From Spirochaetaceae bacterium (GTDB lineage Bacteria > Spirochaetota > Spirochaetia > DSM-2461): a stretch of 64,000 nt of DNA. The position numbers and the translations under genes were made by a program. The notes beneath the pieces are model-generated. The model made no database searches. It was not told where the DNA came from and saw only the letters and a program-made list of their open reading frames with translations. Shown here piece after piece: positions 48,696 through 58,834 of this stretch; position 1 is the stretch's first letter, and the number at the start of each line of letters is the position of its first letter. The stretch covers positions 2,528,001-2,592,000 of the forward strand of contig OZ245056.1 of assembly GCA_965224705.1 (NCBI GenBank), written 5' to 3'.

Positions 48696-51600
48696 GTGGC
48701 GGATAAGGTCATCCCCAAACCAGCATATCCTGAACACCTGCCCATAACTCAGTATCGTGAAGAAATCATTGATGCAATCCGTCAGCATCAGGTGATTATT
48801 CTCTCCGGTGAAACAGGCAGCGGAAAAACGACACAGATACCCAGGATGTGCATTGAGGCCCGGCGTGCTGTTCATGGTTTGATTGCCTGCACCCAGCCTC
48901 GTCGAATTGCAGCTCTGACAGTGGCGGAACGGATTGGAGAAGAACTGGGCAGTAAGAATCTTGTGGGCTGTAGAATTCGATTTCACAGTTCCTGTCAGCC
49001 TGAGAATATTGTCAGGATAATGACAGATGGCATCCTCCTGGCAGAAAACCAGAATAACCCTTCCCTGAGTCACTACAATACAATCATAATTGATGAGGCC
49101 CATGAACGTTCTCTGAACATTGATGTTTTACTGGGCATGACACGGCGATTGATAGACCGGCGAAAAGACTTGAAATTGATTATCACATCGGCCACCCTGG
49201 ATACGGAAAAGTTTTCTGAACATTTCAAACAGGCCCCCATTATTGAAGTGAGCGGTCGAACATTCCCGGTTGAGATACTGTACAAACCACCGGACAGCAA
49301 AACTTCCCTCAGCCTGACAGAACGAATAACTGCGGCAGTGCAGGATGTTTTGAACAGCAGCCGGAGCGGTGATATTCTGGTGTTTCTTCCAACAGAGCAG
49401 GATATAAGGGATACCATGGATCTGGTACGGAGGGAATATCCCGACCGGCTGAACATCCTTTCCCTCTTTGCCCGTATGCCGGCATCGGAACAGCGGAAAG
49501 TTTTTGAGACTGGAGGTAAACGCAAACTTGTCATTGCAACCAATATCGCTGAAACGTCTCTGACGATACCAGGAATACGCTATGTTATCGATTCAGGGAT
49601 TGCCCGGATCAGCCGCTACAATCCCGGTACCGGCACTCATGGACTGCCCGTCGATCCCATCTCCAGGGCCAGTGCGGATCAACGGGCAGGACGATGCGGG
49701 CGGGTTGAAAATGGCACCTGCATTCGCCTCTATTCAGAGGAGGATTACCTTGCCCGCCCCCGGTACACACTTCCTGAAATCAAAAGGACCAACCTTGCCG
49801 ATGTCATTCTGCGGCTCATTGATCTTGGTATAACCGACATAGAGAATTTCCCCTTTGTGGATCCTCCATCGACTGCCGGTATCAAAGACGGTCTGAGAAC
49901 ACTGATGGAAGTCGGTGCTCTTGTATCGACGAAGGACAAAAGTTTAACTCCCGATGGGAAAATGATGGCCCAACTGCCTATTGATCCCCGATTTGCTCGA
50001 ATGCTCATTCAGGCGGACAGGGAGAACTGTCTTGGCGATATCCTGCCCATTGTGGCGGCTTTGAGTTTGCAGGATCCCCGGGAAGTCTCACCGGAAAAAG
50101 CAGCCCAGGCGGAATCCGCTCATGCCGTATTCAAAAACGAGCATTCTGATTTCATTACCTGGCTGAATATATGGGATGGTTTCCGTACTCAATCGGGAAA
50201 GGGCGGCTTTTCAGCCAGACTCAAAAGGTATTGCCGGGAGCATTATCTCTCTTTCCGCCGAATGCGGGAATGGATGGATGTGCATCGTCAACTTGCTTTG
50301 ATGATGGAAGAGAACGGCTATCGGCCCAATCGCAGGAAGCCTGAACCATGGGTGGATAAAAAAGGCGGTTACACACAGCGGTATTCCAGTATTCACCGTT
50401 CCATTATCAGTGGCCTGCTTTCCCATCTTGCACGATTAGCCAATGACGGCAGTTATGAAGCAACCCGAAACAGAAAGGTGTACATACATCCGGGGTCAGG
50501 AACAAGGAAAACATCGGCAATGTGGATTGTTGCTTCTGAGGTGGTAAGAACATCCCGGCTCTTTGCCCGTTCTGTTGCCGCTGTTGATCCTCTATGGCTG
50601 GAAGAATTGGGAAAGCATTTGCTGACGAAGAAATGGATAAATCCACACTGGAACAATAAAACAGGATCCGTGATGGCCGAGGAACAATCCCGTCTGTTTG
50701 GATTTCTTGTTTCTGATGGAAAAATGGTGCCCTTTGGACCCGTTAACCCCCGGGAAGCCAGGGAGATCTTCATTAACAGTTTTCTTATTAATGCTGGCAG
50801 GGATTCCCGGGACTATGAGTTTTTGAAGAAGAACAGACGTCTCATACGCAATCTGGAATCAGTCGAATCCAAACTCCGCCGAAATGACTACATGGCTGGA
50901 GAGGACGCTCAGCTTGTATTTTATGATCAACGGCTTCCAGCAGAAGTTCTTGATGTCTCTACATTGAATACAGCCTTGAAAACAGATGGAAATCTGGAAT
51001 TCATCCTGTGCATGGAGGAAAAAGACCTCCTGACAGGCATTGATGTACAGGAAAAACTCCAGCAGTATCCAGATGAAGTGCAATTATCGGGTAAAAAATG
51101 GAGACTCACATATAATTTCAATCCTGGTTCCAAAAATGATGGCGTTACTTTAAAAATCCCATCAGGGCGACTTGCAGACATTGAACATGGGTCAATTGAC
51201 TGGAAGGTTCCGGGACTGCTCAGGGAGAAGATTGAAGCCATGCTGCGGAGTCTGCCCAAACACATTCGCCGCCAACTGTTTCCAATCGCAGAAACAGCAG
51301 AAAAAGCCTTCAAAAGCATGCCGCAGGTTGAGAATCTACAATATGCCCTGTCTTCCTGGCTGTACAAAGAATATGGAGTCGATATTCCCCATACAATGTG
51401 GGAAATGGACAAACTGCCGGACTATCTCAAAGTACGTTTCAGCTTATTGAACGATGCGGGCAGGGAAGTGGCATCGGGTTACAATCCCATGAAACTTGAA
51501 TCAGTGTCTCAAAACAGTCAACAGAAAAATGCAGCCTCCCAGAGTCCTTCCAGGGAGTACAGACGGAAATTTGAACGCAGCGGTTTGAAGGACTGGCCCG

Positions 51601-52439
51601 AAGATCTGCCCGAATCGGTGAATATTGGTAGAAACTCCCTCCTGTGGCCTGCCCTTAAGGATGATGGCGAATCCGTATCACTTCGTTTCTACGATTTCAA
51701 GTCTCTGGCAGAAAAAGAGCAGATAAAGGGTCAGCAGAGACTGGCTTCAATTTATTGGAAAAAAGAAATCAAAAGTTTTAGAGAACAATTATTTCTTGAG
51801 GATAAGGCCAGACAGACCGCCCTTTCCCAGGGTGGAGCCAGTCAGATGGAAGACCGGATCTGGCAAAGAGTCGTGATTGATGTATTTGCCTTTAAAATTG
51901 TACGGAAAAAGAAGGAATGGGTGTCCGTGTTACTCAGCGGCGGAAAACAGCTCTACTCTACGGCCATTGATTATTTCAAAACTATTTCCCTTATATTGAC
52001 CACCTGCCATGAAGTGGAAGAATACCTTCGAAAACTCAGTCGTAAGGGATACCGTCAGGATTTTTTGAAACTATGCATGAAAGATGCAAGAGCTATGATT
52101 TCCGGCCGTTTTATTGAAGATGGAATGCTCAAAGAATGGCATGCCATGCCCCGCTGGCTTAAGGCTGTTGAGGTGAGAGCCCGGCGAGGTGTTGAAAATC
52201 CGGCGAGGGAGAAGAGATTTCAGGATAGCTGGAGTCCCCTGAGGAGCCATTTTAAAGAAATTGCTGCGAATTTATCCGAGATGGCTTCCAGCGAAAAAAA
52301 AGATGCAGTTGCAGAAGCCGGGTATATGATGAAGGAACTTGAGCTGACTCTCTCCGCCAATGGTGAGATTCGGCCCCTGATAAGAATTTCCGGGAGTAAA
52401 ATGAAAAAGTTTCTGGAGGAGATTGAAAGAATGATCTAG
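48696..52439 (+). CDS. hrpA: ATP-dependent RNA helicase HrpA
   Basis: GETGSGKTTQ, TQPRR, DEAH, SAT, QRAGRCGR, long C-terminal extension. Confidence 0.95.
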   Translation: MADKVIPKPAYPEHLPITQYREEIIDAIRQHQVIILSGETGSGKTTQIPRMCIEARRAVHGLIACTQPRRIAALTVAERIGEELGSKNLVGCRIRFHSSCQPENIVRIMTDGILLAENQNNPSLSHYNTIIIDEAHERSLNIDVLLGMTRRLIDRRKDLKLIITSATLDTEKFSEHFKQAPIIEVSGRTFPVEILYKPPDSKTSLSLTERITAAVQDVLNSSRSGDILVFLPTEQDIRDTMDLVRREYPDRLNILSLFARMPASEQRKVFETGGKRKLVIATNIAETSLTIPGIRYVIDSGIARISRYNPGTGTHGLPVDPISRASADQRAGRCGRVENGTCIRLYSEEDYLARPRYTLPEIKRTNLADVILRLIDLGITDIENFPFVDPPSTAGIKDGLRTLMEVGALVSTKDKSLTPDGKMMAQLPIDPRFARMLIQADRENCLGDILPIVAALSLQDPREVSPEKAAQAESAHAVFKNEHSDFITWLNIWDGFRTQSGKGGFSARLKRYCREHYLSFRRMREWMDVHRQLALMMEENGYRPNRRKPEPWVDKKGGYTQRYSSIHRSIISGLLSHLARLANDGSYEATRNRKVYIHPGSGTRKTSAMWIVASEVVRTSRLFARSVAAVDPLWLEELGKHLLTKKWINPHWNNKTGSVMAEEQSRLFGFLVSDGKMVPFGPVNPREAREIFINSFLINAGRDSRDYEFLKKNRRLIRNLESVESKLRRNDYMAGEDAQLVFYDQRLPAEVLDVSTLNTALKTDGNLEFILCMEEKDLLTGIDVQEKLQQYPDEVQLSGKKWRLTYNFNPGSKNDGVTLKIPSGRLADIEHGSIDWKVPGLLREKIEAMLRSLPKHIRRQLFPIAETAEKAFKSMPQVENLQYALSSWLYKEYGVDIPHTMWEMDKLPDYLKVRFSLLNDAGREVASGYNPMKLESVSQNSQQKNAASQSPSREYRRKFERSGLKDWPEDLPESVNIGRNSLLWPALKDDGESVSLRFYDFKSLAEKEQIKGQQRLASIYWKKEIKSFREQLFLEDKARQTALSQGGASQMEDRIWQRVVIDVFAFKIVRKKKEWVSVLLSGGKQLYSTAIDYFKTISLILTTCHEVEEYLRKLSRKGYRQDFLKLCMKDARAMISGRFIEDGMLKEWHAMPRWLKAVEVRARRGVENPAREKRFQDSWSPLRSHFKEIAANLSEMASSEKKDAVAEAGYMMKELELTLSANGEIRPLIRISGSKMKKFLEEIERMI

Positions 52440-52520
52440 GAGTCTGTCGGCGGACAGGTCGCCTTGCATCAGGAAAAAATCATCAAAAATCGCCTCGAAG
52501 CCTTAAAGTCCGACAGACTC
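52440..52520 (+). mobile_element. MITE family 1, copy 7 (short 81-bp subtype)
   Basis: GAGTCTGTCGG...CCGACAGACTC; starts immediately after hrpA TAG; flanks CTAG/CCTG. Confidence 0.88.
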
Positions 52521-52521
52521 C

Positions 52522-52785
52522 CTGGGGGTTACCATAGGCGCCTTGAGTGTGGCCAAAGAACTCGCCGACGAGAAAGGTCACCCAACCATTGAAGATGAGG
52601 TAACGATATATGCCGGCGCAACCATCCTTGGCGGTGAAACCATTCTCGGCAAGGGTTCGGTCATCGGGGGTAACGTGTGGATTACCAGTTCAGTACCGCC
52701 TTTCTCTGTCATCCACAACAGGCCTGCAGATTATCGGGTGAAGAATCGATACGCTGAGGGGACAGCGGATAATTGGTCGATATAG
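52522..52785 (+). pseudogene. cysE: 3' fragment of serine O-acetyltransferase
   Basis: GVTIGALS...[19 protein letters not shown]...IGGNVW begins exactly at the MITE end; N-terminal part absent. Confidence 0.85.
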
Positions 52786-52800
52786 AGATGACCGCCTAAC

Positions 52801-53175
52801 CTATGCCCCGGCCTTGCTCAACGCGTTCTCCACGGCGGCCATGATCCCCCGGCTGGTGTAGGTTGCGCCTCCAACGGCATCCACCCTTGTATCCTGTTTC
52901 TTGATGATGGCCTGGGGTATCAGTTTTACCGGCCGTCTCCAGAATCGGGACCCGACTTCGTTATGGCTGAGGACTTCAACCCTGACAATCTGACCATCCC
53001 GGATATCCACTTCCACCTTCAGGCCGGGTCTGAATCCCCGTCCTGTGCCGATGTAGGTTCCATCGGTATAGCGGATTTTCTGGGTGGAATTTGATTCATC
53101 GGGCAGCTGTTGGGCTGGTAAAATCATCGTGATCGCCATAATGGCTCCGAGGAACAAAACACAAAACTTTTTCAT
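52801..53175 (-). CDS. Exported FMN-binding domain protein
   Basis: DGTYIGTGRGF, VDAVGGATYTS flavinylation-type motif; signal peptide. Confidence 0.9.
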   Translation of the reverse strand: MKKFCVLFLGAIMAITMILPAQQLPDESNSTQKIRYTDGTYIGTGRGFRPGLKVEVDIRDGQIVRVEVLSHNEVGSRFWRRPVKLIPQAIIKKQDTRVDAVGGATYTSRGIMAAVENALSKAGA

Positions 53176-53903
53176 TGCTTATCTCCTTTGTTTCCTGGTC
53201 TGGAGAAGGCCCAGCCGTAGCGCAGAGTTCCGGCTACCGGGCAGGCGCTTATGCATTCCAGGCAATTGATGCATTGAGGATGTCGAATATGACCTCTGGC
53301 GGAAATATTCACCTGGGTGGGGCAGGCTTCGTCGCAGCGCAGGCAATGGACACAGGTATCGGCATCGCGCCGGATGGAAAATACCCTGGCCAGGCTTAAG
53401 GCTCCATACTTCGCGCCCTGGACACAGAAATAGCGGCAGAAGGGGCGATCAATCAGAAGCGCACTGATCAGGAACAGGGCAAGGTATGCCAGGGCAAACC
53501 ATGTGATGTAAGCTGTCTGACCAGTCAGGATGCTCAAGAATGACTGGTAGGGCTGGCTGAGAAAGGACAGAACCGCCATGCCCCCCCAGGCAAGAAATCC
53601 CGCGAGCAGGAGCACGTAGCGTGATAAGATAAGCCAGCGTTCCACCTTGACGGGGACTCTGAATCGTTTGCCGCGCAGCATTTTTCGCCCCAGATACCCT
53701 ATCCATTCCTGGGCCGTTCCCAGGGGACAGAGCCACCCGCAGTAGAAGGCCCCTCCCAGCAGGGCCATGCCCAGCAGAACCAGCATGGTCACAAAATCCT
53801 CGCTGTACAGTGCAAGGATTACCGCAAGGGCGTATCCAATTTGCCCCGAGCGCCGAGCAAACTGCAGCCAGGACCATTGCGGTCTTTTTCGAGTTCTCGC
53901 CAT
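53172..53903 (-). CDS. Membrane 4Fe-4S polyferredoxin (NapH/MauN-like)
   Basis: YCGWLCP, FCRYFC, CVHCLRCDEACP, CINCLECISACP. Confidence 0.9.
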   Translation of the reverse strand: MARTRKRPQWSWLQFARRSGQIGYALAVILALYSEDFVTMLVLLGMALLGGAFYCGWLCPLGTAQEWIGYLGRKMLRGKRFRVPVKVERWLILSRYVLLLAGFLAWGGMAVLSFLSQPYQSFLSILTGQTAYITWFALAYLALFLISALLIDRPFCRYFCVQGAKYGALSLARVFSIRRDADTCVHCLRCDEACPTQVNISARGHIRHPQCINCLECISACPVAGTLRYGWAFSRPGNKGDKQ

Positions 53904-54014
53904 GATAATTATACCTCTCCTAGGAGCCTAGAGTAATTGACTTCCTGGGCCCTGACAATGGAGGCCCGAAGCTTCCTTTAACCGTAATAACGCATTCGGC
54001 GGTGCTCAAAGCAC

Positions 54015-54323
54015 TCACGCGCCAGTCCATGGATTCCCTCTGTACTGGCGGTCTCTTCTCCCAGACCAATTTTTTCTCCTGGAACTAATATCGCAGGAGA
54101 AGATGATTGCTTTGTGAACGGGATATAATTGTTTTGTAAAAATGACGCCTTGCCCATAGGCGGTGGGGAGATTCAAGCTGTCGGTTCCCTGCTTCTGGGC
54201 CAGATTGCAGAGGTATCCGGCTATTATCGTTACAGGAAGGGTGTCATCCGCAGCGAAGAGTACTCCTGTCGCCAGGGCTGCAGTTTTCTTCAGGGTTTCG
54301 ATGATAACCTTCTTGCCGTCCAG
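54015..54323 (-). pseudogene. Possible gene fragment truncated by MITE copy 8
   Basis: Open frame LDGKKVIIETLKK... starts at the MITE boundary with no start or SD of its own; family not recognised. Confidence 0.3.
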
Positions 54324-54402
54324 GAGCCTGTCGGCGGATAGGCCGCCTTTCATCAGGAAAAATCGTCAAAAATGCCTTGAAGCTTCAAAGTCTGACAGAC
54401 CG
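54324..54402 (+). mobile_element. MITE family 1, copy 8 (short 79-bp subtype)
   Basis: Same internal junction as copy 7 (GTCGGCGGAYAGGYCGCC); CCAG/CCAG duplication. Confidence 0.85.
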
Positions 54403-54444
54403 CCAGCCTGAAATTCTTCTGGAAAACCGGGATGAAACTGCGGA

Positions 54445-55569
54445 CTAAAACTCAAATTCAAGCTGGCGTTCACACTGAATTTCCTCAGGAAACAATGAAG
54501 AAAAACTGAGGCCCAGGAGTCGGACTGGTTGAGAACCGGCCCTGGTTGCCTTGAGGAGATCAGTGGCCAGATTTTGTGTTTGATTTAAGGATTGAATGCC
54601 GTTTGCGCATGTATGGCTCCGTGTTACCTGCTTGAAATTGGAGTATTTTACTTTGACAGTCAGAGTTTTACCCATCAGTTTTCGTTCCTTGAGTTCCTGC
54701 CATACTGATGCTGACAGATGAGTCAGGAAAAGTATCATTTCATCAATATTGGTTTTGTTTTGATCAAAAGTGCGTTCTTTTCCCAGTGATTTTCTTTCAT
54801 ATTCGACTGTAACACTCCGATTATCTATTCCTCTACAAACATTGTAGTACCAGGGACCGGCTTCCCCAAACACTTCACTCAGCTGCCACATTGGCCATTT
54901 TCTCAAATCTCCTCCCGTGTGTATTCCCATTTTTGCCATCTTTGCGGCTGTCACCGGTCCTATACCAAAGAATTTCTTGACAGGTAGAGTTTTTAAGAAT
55001 TCCATGGCCTGAGTGGGAATGATAACAGTTAATCCATCTGGTTTTTTCCAGTCAGAAGCAATTTTTGCCAGTGATTTATTGTAGCTCACCCCCGCTGACG
55101 CTGTGAGTTTGGTTACATTTTTTATTCTTTGCCGAATCCATTCGGCAACCTGGGTGGCCGATCTTTCTTTGAGTTTGTTGGTTGTGACATCCAGAAATGC
55201 CTCATCCAGGGAGAGGGGTTCTACAAGATCGGTCACTTCCTTGAAAATGCTGTTAATTTGTTTAGATATATATATATATTCGTCGAAATTAGAATGAGTA
55301 ATGAATACTCCATGTGGGCAGCGGCGATAGGCTTCACTGGTGGGCATTGCCGAATGTATGCCATAGACTCTCGCCTCATAGGAACAGGTTGAAACAACAC
55401 TGCGGCTGTCTGGCGGTCCTCCAACAATAACCGGCTTGCCCTGCAGGGATGGGTTATTTCTTTGTTCTACCGAAGCATAGAAGGCATCCATATCGATGTG
55501 GATAATCTTTCTGACGGTTTCATCATTCATTCCGCAGATACTATACTCCAGTATAGTGTTTTCGGTCAA
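54445..55569 (-). CDS. dinB: DNA polymerase IV
   Basis: IHIDMDAFYASVE, SYEAR, SLDEAFLD, AKIASD..KPDG; alternative ATG at 55530. Confidence 0.97.
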   Translation of the reverse strand: MTENTILEYSICGMNDETVRKIIHIDMDAFYASVEQRNNPSLQGKPVIVGGPPDSRSVVSTCSYEARVYGIHSAMPTSEAYRRCPHGVFITHSNFDEYIYISKQINSIFKEVTDLVEPLSLDEAFLDVTTNKLKERSATQVAEWIRQRIKNVTKLTASAGVSYNKSLAKIASDWKKPDGLTVIIPTQAMEFLKTLPVKKFFGIGPVTAAKMAKMGIHTGGDLRKWPMWQLSEVFGEAGPWYYNVCRGIDNRSVTVEYERKSLGKERTFDQNKTNIDEMILFLTHLSASVWQELKERKLMGKTLTVKVKYSNFKQVTRSHTCANGIQSLNQTQNLATDLLKATRAGSQPVRLLGLSFSSLFPEEIQCERQLEFEF

Positions 55570-57488
55570 TGACCGGAATTCATTTCCATTTTTTCAAGGC
55601 TTTCTGTCACCTCTTCCCAGCGAACACTTGTTCGTTCAATTCTCTCTTCAACATCCTTGATTTTCAGTGAAAGATTGTGAGCTTTTACCGGATCCGAATA
55701 ATTTTCCGGTTTTTCCAGTTCAAAATGGAGATTGGAGTTTGATAGTTCCATTTCTTCCAGTTCAGATGCAATGTTTTTTTCTTCCTTCCTTAATCGTGAC
55801 AATTCCGCCTTGCGTTTTTTCATATCTTCGTAGGAAGAAGTGGTCGATTTGTTCTTTCTGCCCGAATTCTGTTTTTCATGAGGTGAAGGATTTTCTTCAA
55901 TTCTCCATCTGTAATAGGAATAATCTCCCAGAAATAGTTTTCCTCTTCCATCTCTGATCTCCAGAACCCTGTCGGCTATGTGCTCAAGAAAGTATTTATC
56001 ATGAGAAACAATGACCAATGTTCCTCCGAAATCTGATAAGGCATTGAGAAGGATGTCTTTCGATGTGATATCAAGGTGGTTGGTTGGTTCATCAAGAACA
56101 AGGAGATTGACTGGCTCAAGTAAGAGTTTCAGCAGGGATAAGCGATTTTTTTCTCCACCTGAAAGAATCCCGACTTTCTTATCGATATCATCACCTGAGA
56201 AGAGAAAGCTTCCCAGCAAGTTTCTCAAATGGTTCTTATCCTCTCTGGAATCCCTGGCCGCCTCATCAAGAACAGTGAGGGATGAATCGAGAACAGCATC
56301 CTGATCCTGGGAAAAATAGCCAATTTTCACCCCGTTTCCAAATTGCAGACTACCGGAGTATCCTGTGTCATTTCCGGAAACAATACGCAGAAAAGTGGAT
56401 TTTCCGGCTCCATTGACTCCAACGACGGCTGTTTTTGATCCACGGGGCAGCTCCAGATTGAGTTCGGAAAAAACTGTATTCTCATCATATTGATAGGACA
56501 GATTCTCACAGCGGAGAACATTTTTTCCGCTGTAAGGGACTTTTGGAAATTTCAGGCGCATACGTTTCATGGCCGCTGGAATGGTTATTCGCTTCAGTTC
56601 AGCAAGCATCTTGACGCGTGACTGAACCTGTGCTGCCTTTGATTTCTTGTATCGAAAACGGTTGATAAATGATTCTATCCGGGCAATTTCTTCCTGCTGC
56701 TGTTTCCATTTCTTTAAAAGAATAACCGTCTCCTTCTTCTTCAAATCTTCGTATTCACTGAAGGTGCTTTTGTACATTCTCACCCTGGACATGAATATTT
56801 CGGCCACCTGCCTGCAGGTTTCGTCCAGGAAGCGGCGGTCATGAGAGACCAGCATCACACCGCCTGAATACTGCTGGATGAAGTCCCTCAGCCACTCCCT
56901 TGCTTCCAGATCGAGGTAGTTCGTTGGTTCATCCAGAAGGAGTATGTCGGGAGCAAGAAGCAGGATCTTTGACAGAGCTATACGCATTTGCCAGCCCCCT
57001 GAAAATGCCGCCACATCCGATTCAAAATCTTTCTGCTTAAAACCAAGACCTGTCAGAACTTGTTCGACACGGTTTGCTTTTTTATCCCATTCAGCATCGT
57101 CCAGGATGTCGGATATTTTTTGATATCTGCGGAGTAATGCTTCCTGATTTGAATCATTTTTTTCAAGTTGTTCAGTAATTTCTTCAGCTTCAAGTGCCAG
57201 CTTATTCAGTTCGCTGAAAGCCTCATGAACTTCTTCAAGCAGGGTGTGCCCCCTGTGAACAATACCGAATTGAGGCAAATAGGCAGTTTTTACCTTATCT
57301 GAGCAGATAATTTTTCCAGAATCAGCTTCCATCAGACCGGCTATCGTTTTCATCAGTGTTGATTTACCGCTGCCATTGGCACCGGTCAATGCGATTCGAC
57401 TCCCGGATGTTATAAGGAGTTGTACGTTTGAAAAAACCGAATGGTCCCCAAACGCCAGGGATAAACCGTCAAGTTGGATGGAATCCAT
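55566..57488 (-). CDS. ABC-F family ATPase
   Basis: Two ABC cassettes (GANGSGKS, FSGGW, DEPTN; GVNGAGKS, LSGGE, DEPTNH), no TM, C-terminal coiled coil. Confidence 0.94.
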   Translation of the reverse strand: MDSIQLDGLSLAFGDHSVFSNVQLLITSGSRIALTGANGSGKSTLMKTIAGLMEADSGKIICSDKVKTAYLPQFGIVHRGHTLLEEVHEAFSELNKLALEAEEITEQLEKNDSNQEALLRRYQKISDILDDAEWDKKANRVEQVLTGLGFKQKDFESDVAAFSGGWQMRIALSKILLLAPDILLLDEPTNYLDLEAREWLRDFIQQYSGGVMLVSHDRRFLDETCRQVAEIFMSRVRMYKSTFSEYEDLKKKETVILLKKWKQQQEEIARIESFINRFRYKKSKAAQVQSRVKMLAELKRITIPAAMKRMRLKFPKVPYSGKNVLRCENLSYQYDENTVFSELNLELPRGSKTAVVGVNGAGKSTFLRIVSGNDTGYSGSLQFGNGVKIGYFSQDQDAVLDSSLTVLDEAARDSREDKNHLRNLLGSFLFSGDDIDKKVGILSGGEKNRLSLLKLLLEPVNLLVLDEPTNHLDITSKDILLNALSDFGGTLVIVSHDKYFLEHIADRVLEIRDGRGKLFLGDYSYYRWRIEENPSPHEKQNSGRKNKSTTSSYEDMKKRKAELSRLRKEEKNIASELEEMELSNSNLHFELEKPENYSDPVKAHNLSLKIKDVEERIERTSVRWEEVTESLEKMEMNSGH

Positions 57489-57489
57489 A

Positions 57490-58821
57490 TTACTCAGATG
57501 GGTGCAGGTTTACACCGTCTTCAGTGGTTTCATCAGTTGTTGACTTGAAAAAGATTCGCACAGAATCAAAGAACTGATCCGTGATAACAATTCTGTCATT
57601 GATGGAATTGTCAGGGATGTAAAGCAGGTTCAGCCCATTGTCTCTCAATGTATAGATGAAAACCAATGTTTCACCATTGTCAAAACCAAGTCTGAATACG
57701 CCGTCATAACCTTCGGCAATCTCTGGAGCCAGAAAATGATCAAAGAATACGGATGCCGTATTCCCGGCGTCCAGTGAAAGGATTCTTTTTGATATGAGAG
57801 TAGATTTGCCGCTCCAGGAGCATCGACCATCTTCAAAGAGTGCAAGGCTGCCATAGGAACGACTCTCATACACCGGTCCGTTTTCAATTAAAGCAGAATA
57901 CAGTTGGTTTTGACGTTCGATTTCCGCAGAGATGTAATCATCAATATTCCCGCCCAGATGTATGAAGGCTTCATAATGTTCAGTTCCGTCAGCAGTGTAC
58001 TGGATACTGACAAAAGTATTGGTATTGACGGTTACTCGAAAGCTTGTTCCATGAAAGTCGTAGCGATTGAAGCCCACCGGAATGATGTCCGTCCATACTT
58101 CTAAAAGGGTTGTTTCGGGAAGTTTTACTCTCAGGGTCTGCTTTTCACTGTTGATGAAAAAGCCATATTCGGGCCGGAACAAATCCAGATTTATCTGCTT
58201 GTTGTTTATCATGTTTTGAAAGTATTTTGGCCGCCAGGTTTTGGATAGAAAATCATTGAGCTGTGCGTCTTCTGTATCTCTGACGTTGAGAATTTCCTCT
58301 TCACCACCTTTGATTCTGATGACTTTGAGATGATAATCGAATACATATCCCTCAACACCACCATAGGCAAGGACTTTATACCAGAAACCTTCAAGGTTTC
58401 CCACCATGACCGGTCCGGGTTCCTGACTGAGAATTTTGATTAAATCTCCTTCTATAAATCGATACACCTGGTCTGAGGTATTTCTGGGTTCCGATCTCAT
58501 GGGGAGTCCCTGATACAGGCATTCAGCATAGACATCTTTCCACTCGCCTATACTGGCGGCCCAGGCAGCAGCATCCTTTTCCTGCTTGAAAATCCTGAGT
58601 CTCCACTGATCAATTTCCTCTTTCAGTCTTGGCTGGTCGGGCAGATTGACTATGTAGGACTTGTTTAGAAAGGATTCGTCTATGACTGTGAAGAGATCGC
58701 CGGATTCCCATCGGCTATCCTCTGGTGCCCACATGAGAACTCCAGTACCAAGCTTATTGCAGCCGCCAAGTGCTGACAGGAGGAGCAGGCATTTCAAGGT
58801 ATACAGAAGCCGGTTCATCAT
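57490..58821 (-). CDS. SH3-domain lipoprotein
   Basis: LGG-C lipobox; WYKVL...EGYVF. Confidence 0.8.
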   Translation of the reverse strand: MMNRLLYTLKCLLLLSALGGCNKLGTGVLMWAPEDSRWESGDLFTVIDESFLNKSYIVNLPDQPRLKEEIDQWRLRIFKQEKDAAAWAASIGEWKDVYAECLYQGLPMRSEPRNTSDQVYRFIEGDLIKILSQEPGPVMVGNLEGFWYKVLAYGGVEGYVFDYHLKVIRIKGGEEEILNVRDTEDAQLNDFLSKTWRPKYFQNMINNKQINLDLFRPEYGFFINSEKQTLRVKLPETTLLEVWTDIIPVGFNRYDFHGTSFRVTVNTNTFVSIQYTADGTEHYEAFIHLGGNIDDYISAEIERQNQLYSALIENGPVYESRSYGSLALFEDGRCSWSGKSTLISKRILSLDAGNTASVFFDHFLAPEIAEGYDGVFRLGFDNGETLVFIYTLRDNGLNLLYIPDNSINDRIVITDQFFDSVRIFFKSTTDETTEDGVNLHPSE

Positions 58822-58834
58822 TACTCCCTGCCAG

